Positions 33,703 to 48,095 of a stretch of DNA of 64,000 nucleotides are shown here, piece by piece (the first letter of the stretch is position 1; each line of letters starts with the position of its first letter). Where the stretch lies: the NCBI GenBank assembly GCA_951406725.2, contig OX597826.1:18414001-18478000 (forward strand), read 5' to 3'. Under the pieces are notes generated by a model. It saw nothing but the letters and a program-made list of their open reading frames with translations. It made no database searches and was not told the DNA's origin. The DNA is from Octopus vulgaris. Lineage: Eukaryota. The position numbers and the translations under genes are program-made.

Positions 33703-34504
33703 ACAAACTGCACCTCTTGCAGGAGAACGATTGTCATTCAGAAAGACAAGGCAAAGCTTGTAGCAATTCAATGAATTCATACTTTTATTGAAAATCAACT
33801 CTTAAGAATTTTGAAAACAAATTAAAACATGATTATTTTTAGAGAAGTTCAAAAAGAATTGAAATTTTTATTCAGTCATACACAAGTGCACAGTGAGTTT
33901 GTAGGAAAGGGATCAACCCTTAAATTTGTAAACATAAATATCGTTGGTTCAATAATAAAAAAAAATAATAAGTAGCTTATTATAACTATTTTCAAATGGT
34001 TCCAATTCTGACTTAATTACAAATATGTCATTGGTTGATTTCAAACTCAAATTAATTAATGCTTAGTGGAGATCAACTCTTGCAGGTTAATTTAGTCAAT
34101 TAGTTTGTAAGAGTAATCTTTTTTTAAGGTTTGTTTCATTTCTTTTTTTTTTTAATATATATATAATGAAAATATATAATTGTATGCAAAAACTGAAACA
34201 GAAAAATTAAAGTATTTATGTATATATAAAAAAAAAATTCCTAAGTGTTTGGAACGGATCATCTACTGAATTTGTACACAAAAAGTTTAGTAGATTTTGT
34301 CTTTTGTTTTGTCTCTTGTTCATTCTGTAGACAAGATGTGAACAAGAACTGAATGATCTGCTATGAACACAGATCTGTAATATACAAAGCAAGTGGATAA
34401 TAAAAAAAAAAACAAACAAAAAATCAAACAGTTTTAAAAAAAACATCCACACTCATTCAAGTATAAAGAATAAGTGGGCTGTGAAGAATTATGAATGGGT
34501 CAGC

Positions 34505-34667
34505 ATTCACAACCGTACGTTCACAAGAGCAAATGACCCAGAGTTCACAACCATACGTTCACAAGAGCAAATGGCTCAGTGTTCACAACCATACATTCAC
34601 AAGAGCACTGATCTGACGTTCACAACCATACGTTCACAAGAGTACTGATCTGACGGTCACAACCATA
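34505..34667 (+). repeat. 37-38 bp minisatellite, ~4.4 copies
   Basis: GTTCACAACCATACGTTCACAAGAGC followed by AAATGACCCAGA, AAATGGCTCAGT, ACTGATCTGAC and ACTGATCTGAC. Confidence 0.9.
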
Positions 34668-35354
34668 GAAGTTTACATATTACAGACTATTTCAGTCAGT
34701 CTGATCAGATGGAGTGGGGATAAAAAAGGAAAAAAAAAAACACACACACACACACACATATATATATATTTACACATACAGATAAACAATCAACATGTGT
34801 CGTGTCAAATACAGTAAATGTATTAATATTTATGAGCCTCATTTAGTTAACACCAGTCTTCTTTTTCCAGCAGCTTTATTTTAATTATTTTGTAAGAAAT
34901 AGGATCCTAGCAAAAGAAGGAAGATCAACCACACAGTTTACTGGAATTGGTGTGTTTCAATTTAATCAGAGACAATATTCTAAGAATTCTTTTCTTATTT
35001 TTACACTAATTTTTCAGAGTGTCAGTGAATTTTTTTTAATACCAAACTGTATGGGAATTTGAAGTGCAAAAATAATGTTGGGAAAGAAATATAAACCTGT
35101 AGTGGCTTTGAAGAAAATAAACTAATTTCATCATTTTTGGTTTTTTTCAGAAAATAAAAGAAAAAACTTTAATCCTGCCATATTTTTTAGAAGAAATATG
35201 AGAGTAAATCTAGAATTTCAAATTCCCTTACAACAGGTAATAGAACATTTAATTCAACTAAAGTAGATCAAATTATTTTAATTTTACCTTCCTTCTTTTT
35301 GACTAAATTTATTTCTTCATAACTTCAGATTTTATTTTTGGCGGGGGGTGCACA

Positions 35355-35393
<39 letters not shown>

Positions 35394-36494
35394 ATGAGTG
35401 CCAGTGGAATTTGAAGTGGTGCCATAAGACTGCAACTTTGACTTAAACCAGTGCAAGAGTTGGTTGTCTGTTGCAAAATCTCTTGAAAGACTAATATCAA
35501 CAGCAGAAATCAGAAGAAAACATTGATTTGATTTGATTGAAGTGAAATAGTTAAAAATGCACATTGTTCTGTGTGTGTGTGTGTGTGTGTGCACATTGTA
35601 AAATTCTATTGTGTATAGAATGGTAAGAAGTCTATGTTATGGAAATCTGTGTGTGGTGGAGGAGATTAACACTGCATGTTGTTTTCTTTTGATTCTGTTA
35701 CTGTTTTGTGCAAATCATGAGGAATATTTAATTCTATAGAGAAGGTCCTCAGTTCGAAGTGGCATCTGGCTGTAAGAACCAAATATCGGCAAAGGGGGAT
35801 CTGTTACCAAGATGGGCAACTAATACAATTTAACCATTTCACTGAAGACCTTCCATCATTATCAGTGGTGGGAGGAAGGGAGTGTTGAGTGTGGTGGTCA
35901 TATTATGTTTAGATGTATAGAGAGTATGGGATGAGTGTATATATAAATGTATGAGTGTGTGTGTGTATTTACAGGGTGTGTTTTTGGATGTTTACTCAAC
36001 ACATCTGTTTACTAACACACAAATATCACAACCAGACTTAAAACCTCAGATTGGTAAGAAGTAGGAGTATGTGAATGAGAGAATGTTGGAGAGGTCAGAA
36101 GGAGGTTCCAGCTCACTTTAGTCTGTAAGACAAAAGTTAGAAAAAAAAATAATAAAATAGGTAACAGTAACACATGCTGTGTCATTATTATGCTGTAATA
36201 GGAATTATAATAGTAAATAATGATTTCTTTACTTGCTTGAAATATTGTATAACAACAATAATTGATTTTGACTAAACACCACAAAGTATTTAGTCAACAA
36301 TAATTGATTCTGAGTAAAGACAGGAAAATTTTTGAGAAGATAAGGTAGAGTTGACTGATTTAATGTTAGATCTTTACTAGAATTTATTTTATCAAGTAGA
36401 CAGGATGAAAGTAAGATATCAGTACAGCATGAGCAATTCTAGTTCAACACTCAATTTTTTTTCTTCTAGTCCATCTGCTTTTCCCAATAATAAT

Positions 36495-37131
36495 TGTTTC
36501 TAAAAGAGGTGCAAATCTAGAAATTTAGAAGGAGAACAGTTAGTTATATTGATCCTAGTATATTTAACTGGTGATTTATTTTATCAAAGATAAAAATGCA
36601 GAGTTGGATTTAAACTCAGACTGTAAAGATTGACAACTAAACATCACATCACAATACATTTTGTTTGATGTTTTAACAATTCTGCCAATCTCAGACTCAC
36701 ATAGGCACAAGGCCTGAAATTTGGTGAGGTGGTTAGTTGATGATATCAACACCAGTTCTAAACTGGTACTTTATTTAACTGACCTTGAAACAATGAAAGG
36801 CAAAGTTAACCTCAGTGAAGAATTAACTCCAAACATAAAGAGCCAGAAAACATGCTGCAGGACATTTAACTAGTGCCCTAATGGTTCTGCAAATCCACCA
36901 ACATCATGTAATAATAATAATCCTTTCTACTATAGGTACAAGGCCTGAATTTGGTGGAATGGCGTTAGTTGATCACATTGGCCCCAGTGCATAATTGGCA
37001 TTATTTCATTAATCCCCAAAAGGATGAAAGGCAAATAGACGTTGGTGGAATTTGAACTCAGAACATAAAGATGGATGAAATGTTGCTAAGTATTTTGTCT
37101 GACTTGCTAATGATTCTGCTAACTCACCATC

Positions 37132-37132
<1 letters not shown>
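36495..37132 (-). mobile_element. Three head-to-tail family B SINE copies
   Basis: Repeated CAAGGCCTGAA.TT.GG, AACTGGTACTTTATTT, ATGAAAGGCAAA and GAATTTGAACTCAGAAC blocks at ~36495, ~36700 and ~36920; followed by (AAT)n. Confidence 0.75.
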
Positions 37133-37173
<41 letters not shown>

Positions 37174-38484
37174 GTAACGATAACAATAATAATGATAATG
37201 ATGATAAATTTCTCAGAATGACATGAGATCACACATTTTTGTGAAAGGAAGGTGATGAAATCAACTAACGTATTACTGGTACTTTGATCTAAAAGTGATG
37301 AAAGTTAAAGTCAACCTTAGCCTGATGTAACAGTACTAAAGTGAGGGAATGGTGACAAAAAGGAAGAAGATAGAAGAGTTGAAGAGAGAATGTAATGAAT
37401 ATTTTTCTTTTCCTTTTTTTTTTTTTTGCTAATTTTGTTTTTGTTTCTCCCTTCTAGTTGACGGAAGAGTATTTCAGCAGGTGATTTGAGGCTGAATTTG
37501 TAATTTGTACAGTGAACTTTTCCTCTTTAGGATTAAGGCAAAAAAAAAAAAAAAAAAAGAAATGTGGTGGTGGGTGCATTTGTAGGTGTGTATACTTGTA
37601 TAAGTGTATGTAAATGATGTGTGTGTGTGTGTGTTTATGTTAGTATGTGTGAGGCATATAAACACTGAAATTTCTATATCTGTTTCTTCATTTAGATAAG
37701 ACTTGACATATACCAGACAGTATTTAAACTGCTGAACAACACAACAGCCACGCAGCCAGTCATTGTGAGTTAAAAAGAATGATAAAAATGTCGGTATTCA
37801 GAAAAAACAATTTTACAATTTTTAAAAAGGAGTAGAAAAATGATAGAAATAAGGAGTTAGGTTATTTTTGGATTATAAAAAAAGAGTATTTGATTGATAA
37901 TCCATGTTATCTTTGAAATACTTATGATTTCGTTATTGTTATTGTCATATTTTTTCGCTTCTTTTCTTTTGTATTTTTCTTGTAATCTTACTTTCACTTT
38001 TTTTGTTATTTTTTTTTTCATAATATATTTCCAAAAAGTTTTAGTATTATTTTTTTAAGTTTTGAAAAAAAGAATTTTTTTTAAAATTTTATACATACAT
38101 ATTTATTTTTTTTTTAATTTAATGTTCTTTAATTTGAGATATTTTATGAAATATGGATATTGTGATATCCAGAAATATTAGATTAAAACCGTGTGAGGAT
38201 AGTTAATAAAAACTAATTAGAATAAAAGTACCTCGTATGTCTGAAAGCAAGAGAGAGAAAAAAAATTTAGAAACATTTTTATTTTATAATATTTTTAAGG
38301 AAATTGCACAAGTGATACTTTTGGGGAGACGGGGGTTAGTTGTATATTTTTTAATAGTTATAATTTTGAAGGGATCTGGTGGGGCAGGAGAGTTAGTTAT
38401 AAGGTAGCTAGGTTGGGGTAGGCAGATGGAAGAGTTCTGTGTAAACTGGTGGGAAATGGCTTGGATAGGAAATATGAAGTGTAT

Positions 38485-38519
<35 letters not shown>

Positions 38520-38776
38520 TGTGTGTGTATGAGTGTGAAAAGAGAAAAATAGAGGAATAGGATTATTGAGGAAGTGATGATGTTTGTGTGAGTGTGTGTA
38601 TGTTTAAGTAGGGGATACAAGGATGTAGGGAGTTGGTGGAAGAAATAATGAATATTAAGAGGATATAAAAAAAGTCTTTAGTAAAAAGATGACATTCACA
38701 AACAACGTTAATATCTGCACGGGTTAGAAAGAGAATAAAGCAAATTGGACTTGGTTAGTTGCTATATCAAGGTTAC

Positions 38777-38813
<37 letters not shown>

Positions 38814-41800
38814 GTTGTTACTGATGTTTATTTTGCTAAGGAAAAAAAAAAGGAAACTCATCTGTATATTTGTTGCTGTCTTTTTACTTAATCTTTTTAA
38901 AACTCTAGACAAAAAACAAAAATTCTGACCAAAGTTGATCTTGTAAAACTATTCTATTTGTGTGCATGTGTGTGTGTGTATATGAGAAAAAGAGAGTGTA
39001 TGTGTGTGTGTGTATGTGTATGTGAGAGAGAGAGAGAGAGAAAGAGAGAGATGGGGTTGAATCAAGTGAAAGACTGGAAAGAAAATAAATCTAAAAGAAG
39101 GAAGAAAATGAAGAAGATTTATGATTAGTCATAATATTTTTTGTTGTTACCCCTCTACTTTCTCTAAATAGCAATAGTTAATATGTTTTTGTAGTAGCAT
39201 TGAAGATAACTGATATAATGATCAAAGATGGGTATTTTATGAAGAGATGAAATAAAAGGTGGAATAAATTGTTAAAGGAGGTTTTACATTCATCACCATT
39301 AATATGGCATGTTATTTCAATTGTCATCTTGTCAACATTTTAACAATAATGATGATGAGGATGATGATGGTGATCATGACGACGATAATGATAGTAATGA
39401 TGATGATAATGATTGGTAGGATAATAAAAAAGGAATAAGGCTATCTTAATTAGGTGTAAAACCAAAGGCAAGCAGAATCAAGTGTCTCCTCTAGGAACAA
39501 GTAACACAATGCCTTCAGTAAAATATAAACTCACTCTCAGGAGCCAGGAATCTGAAATTCTTAATTCGTTTAATAATAATAATAATGGTTTCTAATGTAT
39601 ATGTGAGTGATATGGCACAATGTAACAGCATTTATGACTGTACTAAGGAAATGAAATCATTCAAACAAAATATTTAAACCAAGCTTTTTTTGTTGTTGTT
39701 ATTATTATTATTATTGTCACCTATCATTTATCAATGCTTTTATTGACCTGCCACAGGAAGAGTAATATTTATTACATAGGTAAGAAGCCCTATGTATGTA
39801 GAAAAGTAATAAGTTACAGCACTTCAGTTGCCTTTTCTAATTCACCAGCAATGTATAAGAAGTAGTTCAAGCTGAGGAAGTGAAACATCAGCAGAGGAAT
39901 TAACTTGCAGAGAATATATCACTACATAGTTATCCATCATATTAATAATGATAGCTATCCTAACCTCAAGGTTCCAGTTTAAAGAGTTACAGTCAATTTA
40001 AAATGACACCAGTGTTTTAGTGATATCAGTTTTATTGATCCAGCCAGAATGGAACTCACCGTTAGCTTTGGTGGTATCGGTATTCAAAACCGTAATGCAT
40101 CACTATAAAAATGTAGTATATCTCTCTCAACTATTCCAGTCATTTCCTCTACTCTAAGTATGATTATAATATAAACAACTGTAATATTGTTTATTATATT
40201 TTTAATGTAAGATGAAACTTACATATATCAAAGATGGAACCCAATCTCAGTATTTATAGAACTCTTCTCAAAGAAGTTAGAAAATGTACAATACATTTTC
40301 ATTTTACTTATTTAGTGGAAAAATATAAAATATTGTTTGAAATTTAAAAAAATAATAAATGATTAAGTAAACAGAAAAAAGCTTATTTATAAACAGTTAC
40401 AAATGTGAGATTGATTTAGACTGGAGTAAAGATATTAGAAGGAGTCACTTGATATCAAAGAATACTTATGTTACAAAACTCCATTGACTTACCTCACCTC
40501 TGCAAAATACAAAGGTATCTTCAATGAAGCAAGTTTTGTAATTTATATGTATGTGTGTTTTTATTAATTTTATGGGCTCAAATCTGAGGTGGTCTCATAA
40601 ATGTATAGAAATTCTCAGGGTTTTGCTACACCAAAGTAGAAGAGTAGCATAAGTGATAGAAATTCAGAGTGCATGCTTTAGGAATAACTTACAGATAATT
40701 TTCTTAAAATCTTATTAAAATATTTAAAGGGGTTTTAATTTTGTTTCCTTCAAATTTTCAATATTTTTTCTTTCTTTTCATTTCCCCAACTTTCACAAGA
40801 TTACAATGGAAAAAAGTAGGCAAGAATTTTACATTTTTTTTTGTGATTTTGTTTTGAATGATTAATTTCAATGAAAGAGTTGGGCTGATAAACATAGGCT
40901 TGACATATAGTGTATATAAAGGTACAAGCTATAGAAAACAAAGTAACAAGGTGCAAAGTAGCAGGTGATATTTTAACTGACTTTTTTTTAAAAATTTCAT
41001 TTATAAAAAATGTTTCAACACTTTTTTTTATATTTTTCTATAACATTGTTGTCATTATTGCTCTTCAACCAAAATGGCCAATTCCTGGGAACTCCAAGCA
41101 AAACAGACAGCAATGAATGTATAGTGACTTCTACAGCAATCAAATATGTTCAGAAGAATCCATGAAAAAATGGTAGAGATTACTTGTTTCTTTGAAATAA
41201 TAATTATAAAAAAAAAGTCCAGAAAAAATTTGATTGCTGTTGAAATTATTATCTGGTAGAGAAGGAATTAAAGAAAGATATGTTTTAAAAACCTTACTTA
41301 ACTACCTCCTGAGACTTTATTGTGATGGACAGCTTAAACACATGGTTTGAGTAAGCATACTCAATAGGTTGCTTTTATAGCACACCAGCTCAACCTTGCT
41401 AACTGATACCAGAAGTTCAATATAGTCTTGCCTACTTTCAACCTTGTGTTTCCCATTCCAGAATGTTAATGTATTGGCTTCCAGACTTGAAGTATCACTT
41501 GAAACTTGGCTGTCCTGCATAGCTGTGCGGCATATTCAACCTTGAATTTTATGTAAAAAAACCTGAGAAGTTTCCAAAAGATCCCCCCAATCACCACCTC
41601 CACAACTTAAAAAAAAAGAAAAGGATTTAATAATAATAAAACCAGAAAGAAAAAGAAAGCTTTGTTTACATCCCTGAGCCACATTCCCTGCTATCAGTTT
41701 GTAAGAAGTGAACTCTCTAAGGGAAACCATGTGCAGTACAAATGCCAATGAACATAAAGTTCTGATAATCAGTTGCATTCAGTTGCTTCACCTTTCACAG

Positions 41801-44722
41801 CCAAAGAGATTGGTTAGGGAAACAATAACTTGGAGGTATTTGAAGCTAATATGATGAGCCTGCACAATATTTTTAAAGTTTTGAAAAGGTTTATCAGTGA
41901 ACACCTGCCATACTTCAGCTGATACTGGAAGAAAATCCACCAATAATTTACACTAACCTTGAATCAATTACTAAGTAATTTTCTATTCAAACACCCCACC
42001 ACCACCACCACTACCACCACCAACATAACAACAACAACAACAACCACCATTCTTGTCACCATTTAAATTCAGTACTTGGCTGGTTGTAAGCAACTAGTCT
42101 CTTTGATTCCTGCCTAAAGTATACATACACACACATATACGCATGCACCATATATGTGTGTGTATGCATGAGTGTGTGTGTATGTGTGTGTGAGTTGTTA
42201 CAGCCCAATACAAATGTTTAGATACATATATGTATATATGATCAAATATATATACAAATATATTTTAAAAAATTAGATATATATATATATACATATATCA
42301 AAAAAAAAAATGATGGAAGAAGATAAAGATAAGTTTTGAAAAAGAAATTGTTGCGAACCAGAATATATCCGACTATTCTTTTCTATTATAAATTTTATGA
42401 GAAAATAAAAATACAGATGAATAGAAAATAAAAGCAATAAGGTAGAAAATCTGTGAAAATACCACAACCTCCATTAACTGATTAAAAAAGAACAAAAAAA
42501 AAGACATTGATAAGGATCATGATTTCAAACTACATACAATTAAAAAAGAAAAGGTAATTTATAAAAATCTGGTAAATTATTTCACACAAAATTGTTTTGT
42601 TTGAACTTAAATATTAGTTAATCTCTCTCACTTTCTCATAGCCAAAAGCAAGCAAATATAGTCAGTTTAACAGAAAGTAATTCCAGTAATATCATCACAC
42701 TATCCTGAAGTAAGCATTCTTCTATGTACTTTGGAGTATAAAGAAGAATGTTTATTTGAGCAGACAATACATCACAATGATTCTGTATGAAGGAATTTCA
42801 CCTAGCTTCCATAGACAGTAAATGTCCTGTCTAATTCAAATATAATACACTGAAAATAAGTTAAAAACCAAAAGGGGCAGGATGACCATAAGGTGTTCTG
42901 GAATTGGTTCGAGTGGAAGTAGTCTGTTTCTGATGCTACTCAATCTTTATCATCGTTATGAAGTCATAACAGCTGTTTTCTTGGTTATAAAAATCTCTGA
43001 TGACCAATTTGAAGGAAAGCAAACGGTAGAAGGAAATGAGGCTGGTTTAAACTCAACACACTGAGGATAGTGAGTCAGCCCCGCAACACAAGTCACAAAG
43101 ACTTCCAGTGTAAGAACTATTTACAATGTTACATTTAATGAAAAACTGAGTTTATATATATATAAAAAAAAAAAATTAGTGGTGGTGATGGTGGATGGCA
43201 CAATGATAAACTACTAAGTTAATACTAAAGATAGAAGTTGGGAAAATCATGTCTGTTCTGGATAAATAAAAGTGAAGTTGGGAACCTGAATATTGAACTC
43301 AGTTTTCTAGCACAACCAACATTATAGAAAATTTGAAGCTGTGATGTTAATATCTTACCTAATCAAACTGAGAAAGAAGTTTGAACAGTGATGAGCACAT
43401 TTTGTGAGAAACTTAACACTGCACTTAGGTACAAGTATCTCAATTTTATAAAAGAGGTGTTTAACCGAATAAACAAATTCCAAAGTATTACAATATACTT
43501 AATTTATTGTTTTAAGTGATAAATAGAAAATCAACCAGGGTAAAGTGTGCTCAGAACAATATAGAATAACACTTGAGAGGCAGAAGTTGATTTCATATCA
43601 GTAGAATATTAACAGTAAATTTCAGAATCCAACTAATGGCCTAATGAGGATCTGTTCATGAAAAACCAACAGACCAAAGAAATATAGTAGGAAAGCCTAA
43701 AAGTGGCTATGGGCACTGATCCATCTAATGAACAATGAAAAAAGAAAAATGATGCATATTACCTCCCATCTCAGAATGGATTAAAATTAAAAACGCATGA
43801 AACTATTAAAAAAAAGTCTCATTAGAATACACAACCAAGAATTTTAGATATTACACATTACCTTTCAACTATAAAAAAGCATAGTTGAGTTTCAGTAAGA
43901 TTATATTTAATGGTATATAATTGTATGTGTGTGTGTGTGTGTGTGTTTGTATTTTGATAGATATAGAGTGATAGAAAGATATATAGTGGGCTCTGTTTTG
44001 CAGAGAGATTTCACATTATTTAACACCCCACTCCAGTTTTAAACTATATCTCAGAATACATACCATCCTCTTGCCATGTCCAAAGATACCTCTTAAAAAA
44101 AAATAAAATAAAATAAAGTGAATCACCAGATCTTTTTTGCCAACAGCTGATCTTGGCTGATGTATGGGGAAGGGCGTATCATGTCATCTTATTGAAACAA
44201 TAAACATATCTTGTTGCTATCATTCATTGATAGCCATAACATGAATAACTTTGAAACTGGTGGAATGGAATTCATATTTTGATTAACACATACAAATATA
44301 TATTTGACCCTGGTGACAGTGATTTCTTGAACAGAAAAACATTACATATGTTTGAGGACTGTGTTCTTCCCTGCTTATATGGTTACAATATTACCTCAGG
44401 AACTGTAGAGATAAAAGCAACATCACTGGCTGACAATTACAACAATATACTACACTTATAATATACACAAATACTATATACAGAGGAACTGACAACTTAG
44501 TCTGAATAAATCCTTAACCACCCATATTAACAAACTTTTATCAAAGTTGTTTATTGGTTTTCTTTCCTTAATTCCTTAAAGACAATAGAAGAAACCATCA
44601 GGAAATACCTGGAATAATTTGAGAATTATTTTCATGATTATTTATGCTTCATGTGTTGTTAATTTTCATACCAGATATGAACCATAAATAACTTCTTTCC
44701 TTTTCTTATTTTACCTCAAATT

Positions 44723-44767
<45 letters not shown>

Positions 44768-45499
44768 TTACTAATAATAATTCTTTCAACTATAGGCACA
44801 AGGCCTGAAATTTTCTGAGAAGGAGGCTGAAAGGATGAAAGGCAGAGAAATTTCTTCATAGTTTCTAGGTAATTAGTGTTGATTAATTGACTGGGGCAGT
44901 TATGAAAAACAAAGAAAAAGAGAAAAAGTAAACAGGTAAATTCGGCCATAAAGAATTAGAAATATTCAGATAACAGATAGTGATAGTAGTAGTAGTAATA
45001 ATAATAATAACAACAACAGTAATATCAATAAAGTGGATGATGACGACGATGATGAAAATTTTTAAAAATGATATTATGGATGGAAGAAATAATAAGATAA
45101 AAGTTCAATGGAACTTGTCAACAAAAATCCAGAAAAGGATCTGTGAAGAATTTAATTTAAAATTTACAAAAAAAAAAAAAGATAAATAAAAAAAATGAAT
45201 AAAGAAATAAAATAAAACACCACAGACATTTCAATAGACTTCTTCATTCTTTCATAGTTAATCATCACTCTCATAAAAACTTATCAATTAAGGACATCGA
45301 TGCCACTTAAACTGCCATGCATCTTTTGCAATAATTCCAAAATATAAATATAGATACTGAAATCTACACACAACTCTCAAAGTGTATATAAGTAAGTAAA
45401 CACATATACTGACATACTTATTTGTTTTAATTAGTATATAACGAATAATATCGTATTCTGGTAACTAATATAGTTGTAGTTTGAATGAGGGACTGCCAG

Positions 45500-46960
<1,461 letters not shown>

Positions 46961-47869
46961 TCAAAAAATAACACACATATACCGGGACATTCTTTAGTAA
47001 CAGAATTATTATTGTTGTTGTAATCATTTTCATGAAAATCATCATCATCATCATCATCATAAATATATTTTTGCTTGTTCTTATCCCAGAACTTTAATTG
47101 AAATAATGGTTTTTTAAAATGCAAAACAAAGTGTTTAATAGTCACTAGTACAAAGTTTGAAGCCTGAGATTTTGAGGTGAGCAGGGAGACCAGCGTTAGC
47201 AACATAAATGAATTAAGTTTCCAACTAGAAATGGCAAGTAGATTGTGAACTCAGTGTATTGGGATCTTACCTTTGTAATATACCTGCCATGCACTCTACA
47301 CTAACGAGTATGATTCCCAACAAAATTACGAGGTCACACATTGTGTAGGAGAAGGTATGTCTATTTAATCCAACTCCATATTTGACTGCTGCTTATTAAT
47401 TTTTTAAAACAAAGATAGAGGTTTGGTTTTTGCCAGAGTAAACTAAATGCTGTGAAAGTTGTTTCTTTTTTTTTCTGGTATTCTACCATTTCTGCCATAA
47501 TAGTTCTTAGTGTCCACTAATCTCTCTCACTTTATTGGAAATTAATATTATAAAAAAAAAATTAATATGGAAAATGAAGTGAATAAACTGAGAGGGAAAG
47601 TGAAGTTATTTAAATAGATTGTTCAAGTTATAGTTCAGTTCTTTGGTTTTTGTAACAGTTATTCTGTTAAGTAGAACATTAGTTGACTATCAGTTCAAGC
47701 TCCATATAAAACACTTTACTAACCTTTAGATTAAAATGAAATTAAGGAAAATGCAGTTATAGAGCTTTAGAAAACTTACTGTAAGTGTTATGTTATGAGG
47801 CAAAATAGTAGGTGAGTGAAAAATAGTTATCAAAATCAAAAACTCTTTGTAAAGTTTCATTATAAATGA

Positions 47870-48095
47870 TAACAGTATAATATTGCTAAGAGGAAATGTT
47901 GCATGAGAATCTCTGTATTAGGAAGATTCCATGGGGCAGTTGTATGGACTGAGAGAGTTTTATCTTTCAAGATTGTCTGGTACATAGGAGCATAAAGAAT
48001 AGGGTTAGCCATGTCTGTGACTGTAACACAAGTACAGTGGAAGTAAGTAGGTAGTAAACTGGGAATGGGGACAGAGGTAGTTGATAGAAATATAG
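47870..48095 (-). mobile_element. Ancient CR1/L2-like LINE C-terminal remnant (tentative)
   Basis: LPTYFH...LYAPMYQTILKDKTLSVHTTAPWNL..EI resembles the YF..LxxP..SFS.R...WNxL C-terminus of CR1/L2 ORF2. Confidence 0.35.

Noticed and set aside
34505-34667. CRISPR-like repeat-spacer appearance
   Set aside because: The spacers are only 11-12 bp and are related or identical to each other, there are no cas genes, and the context is eukaryotic. It is a minisatellite.
41300-43110. Moderately complex patches (41300-41560 and 42880-43110) as exons
   Set aside because: No convincing splice-site pair or recognisable peptide; probably very old repeat debris.
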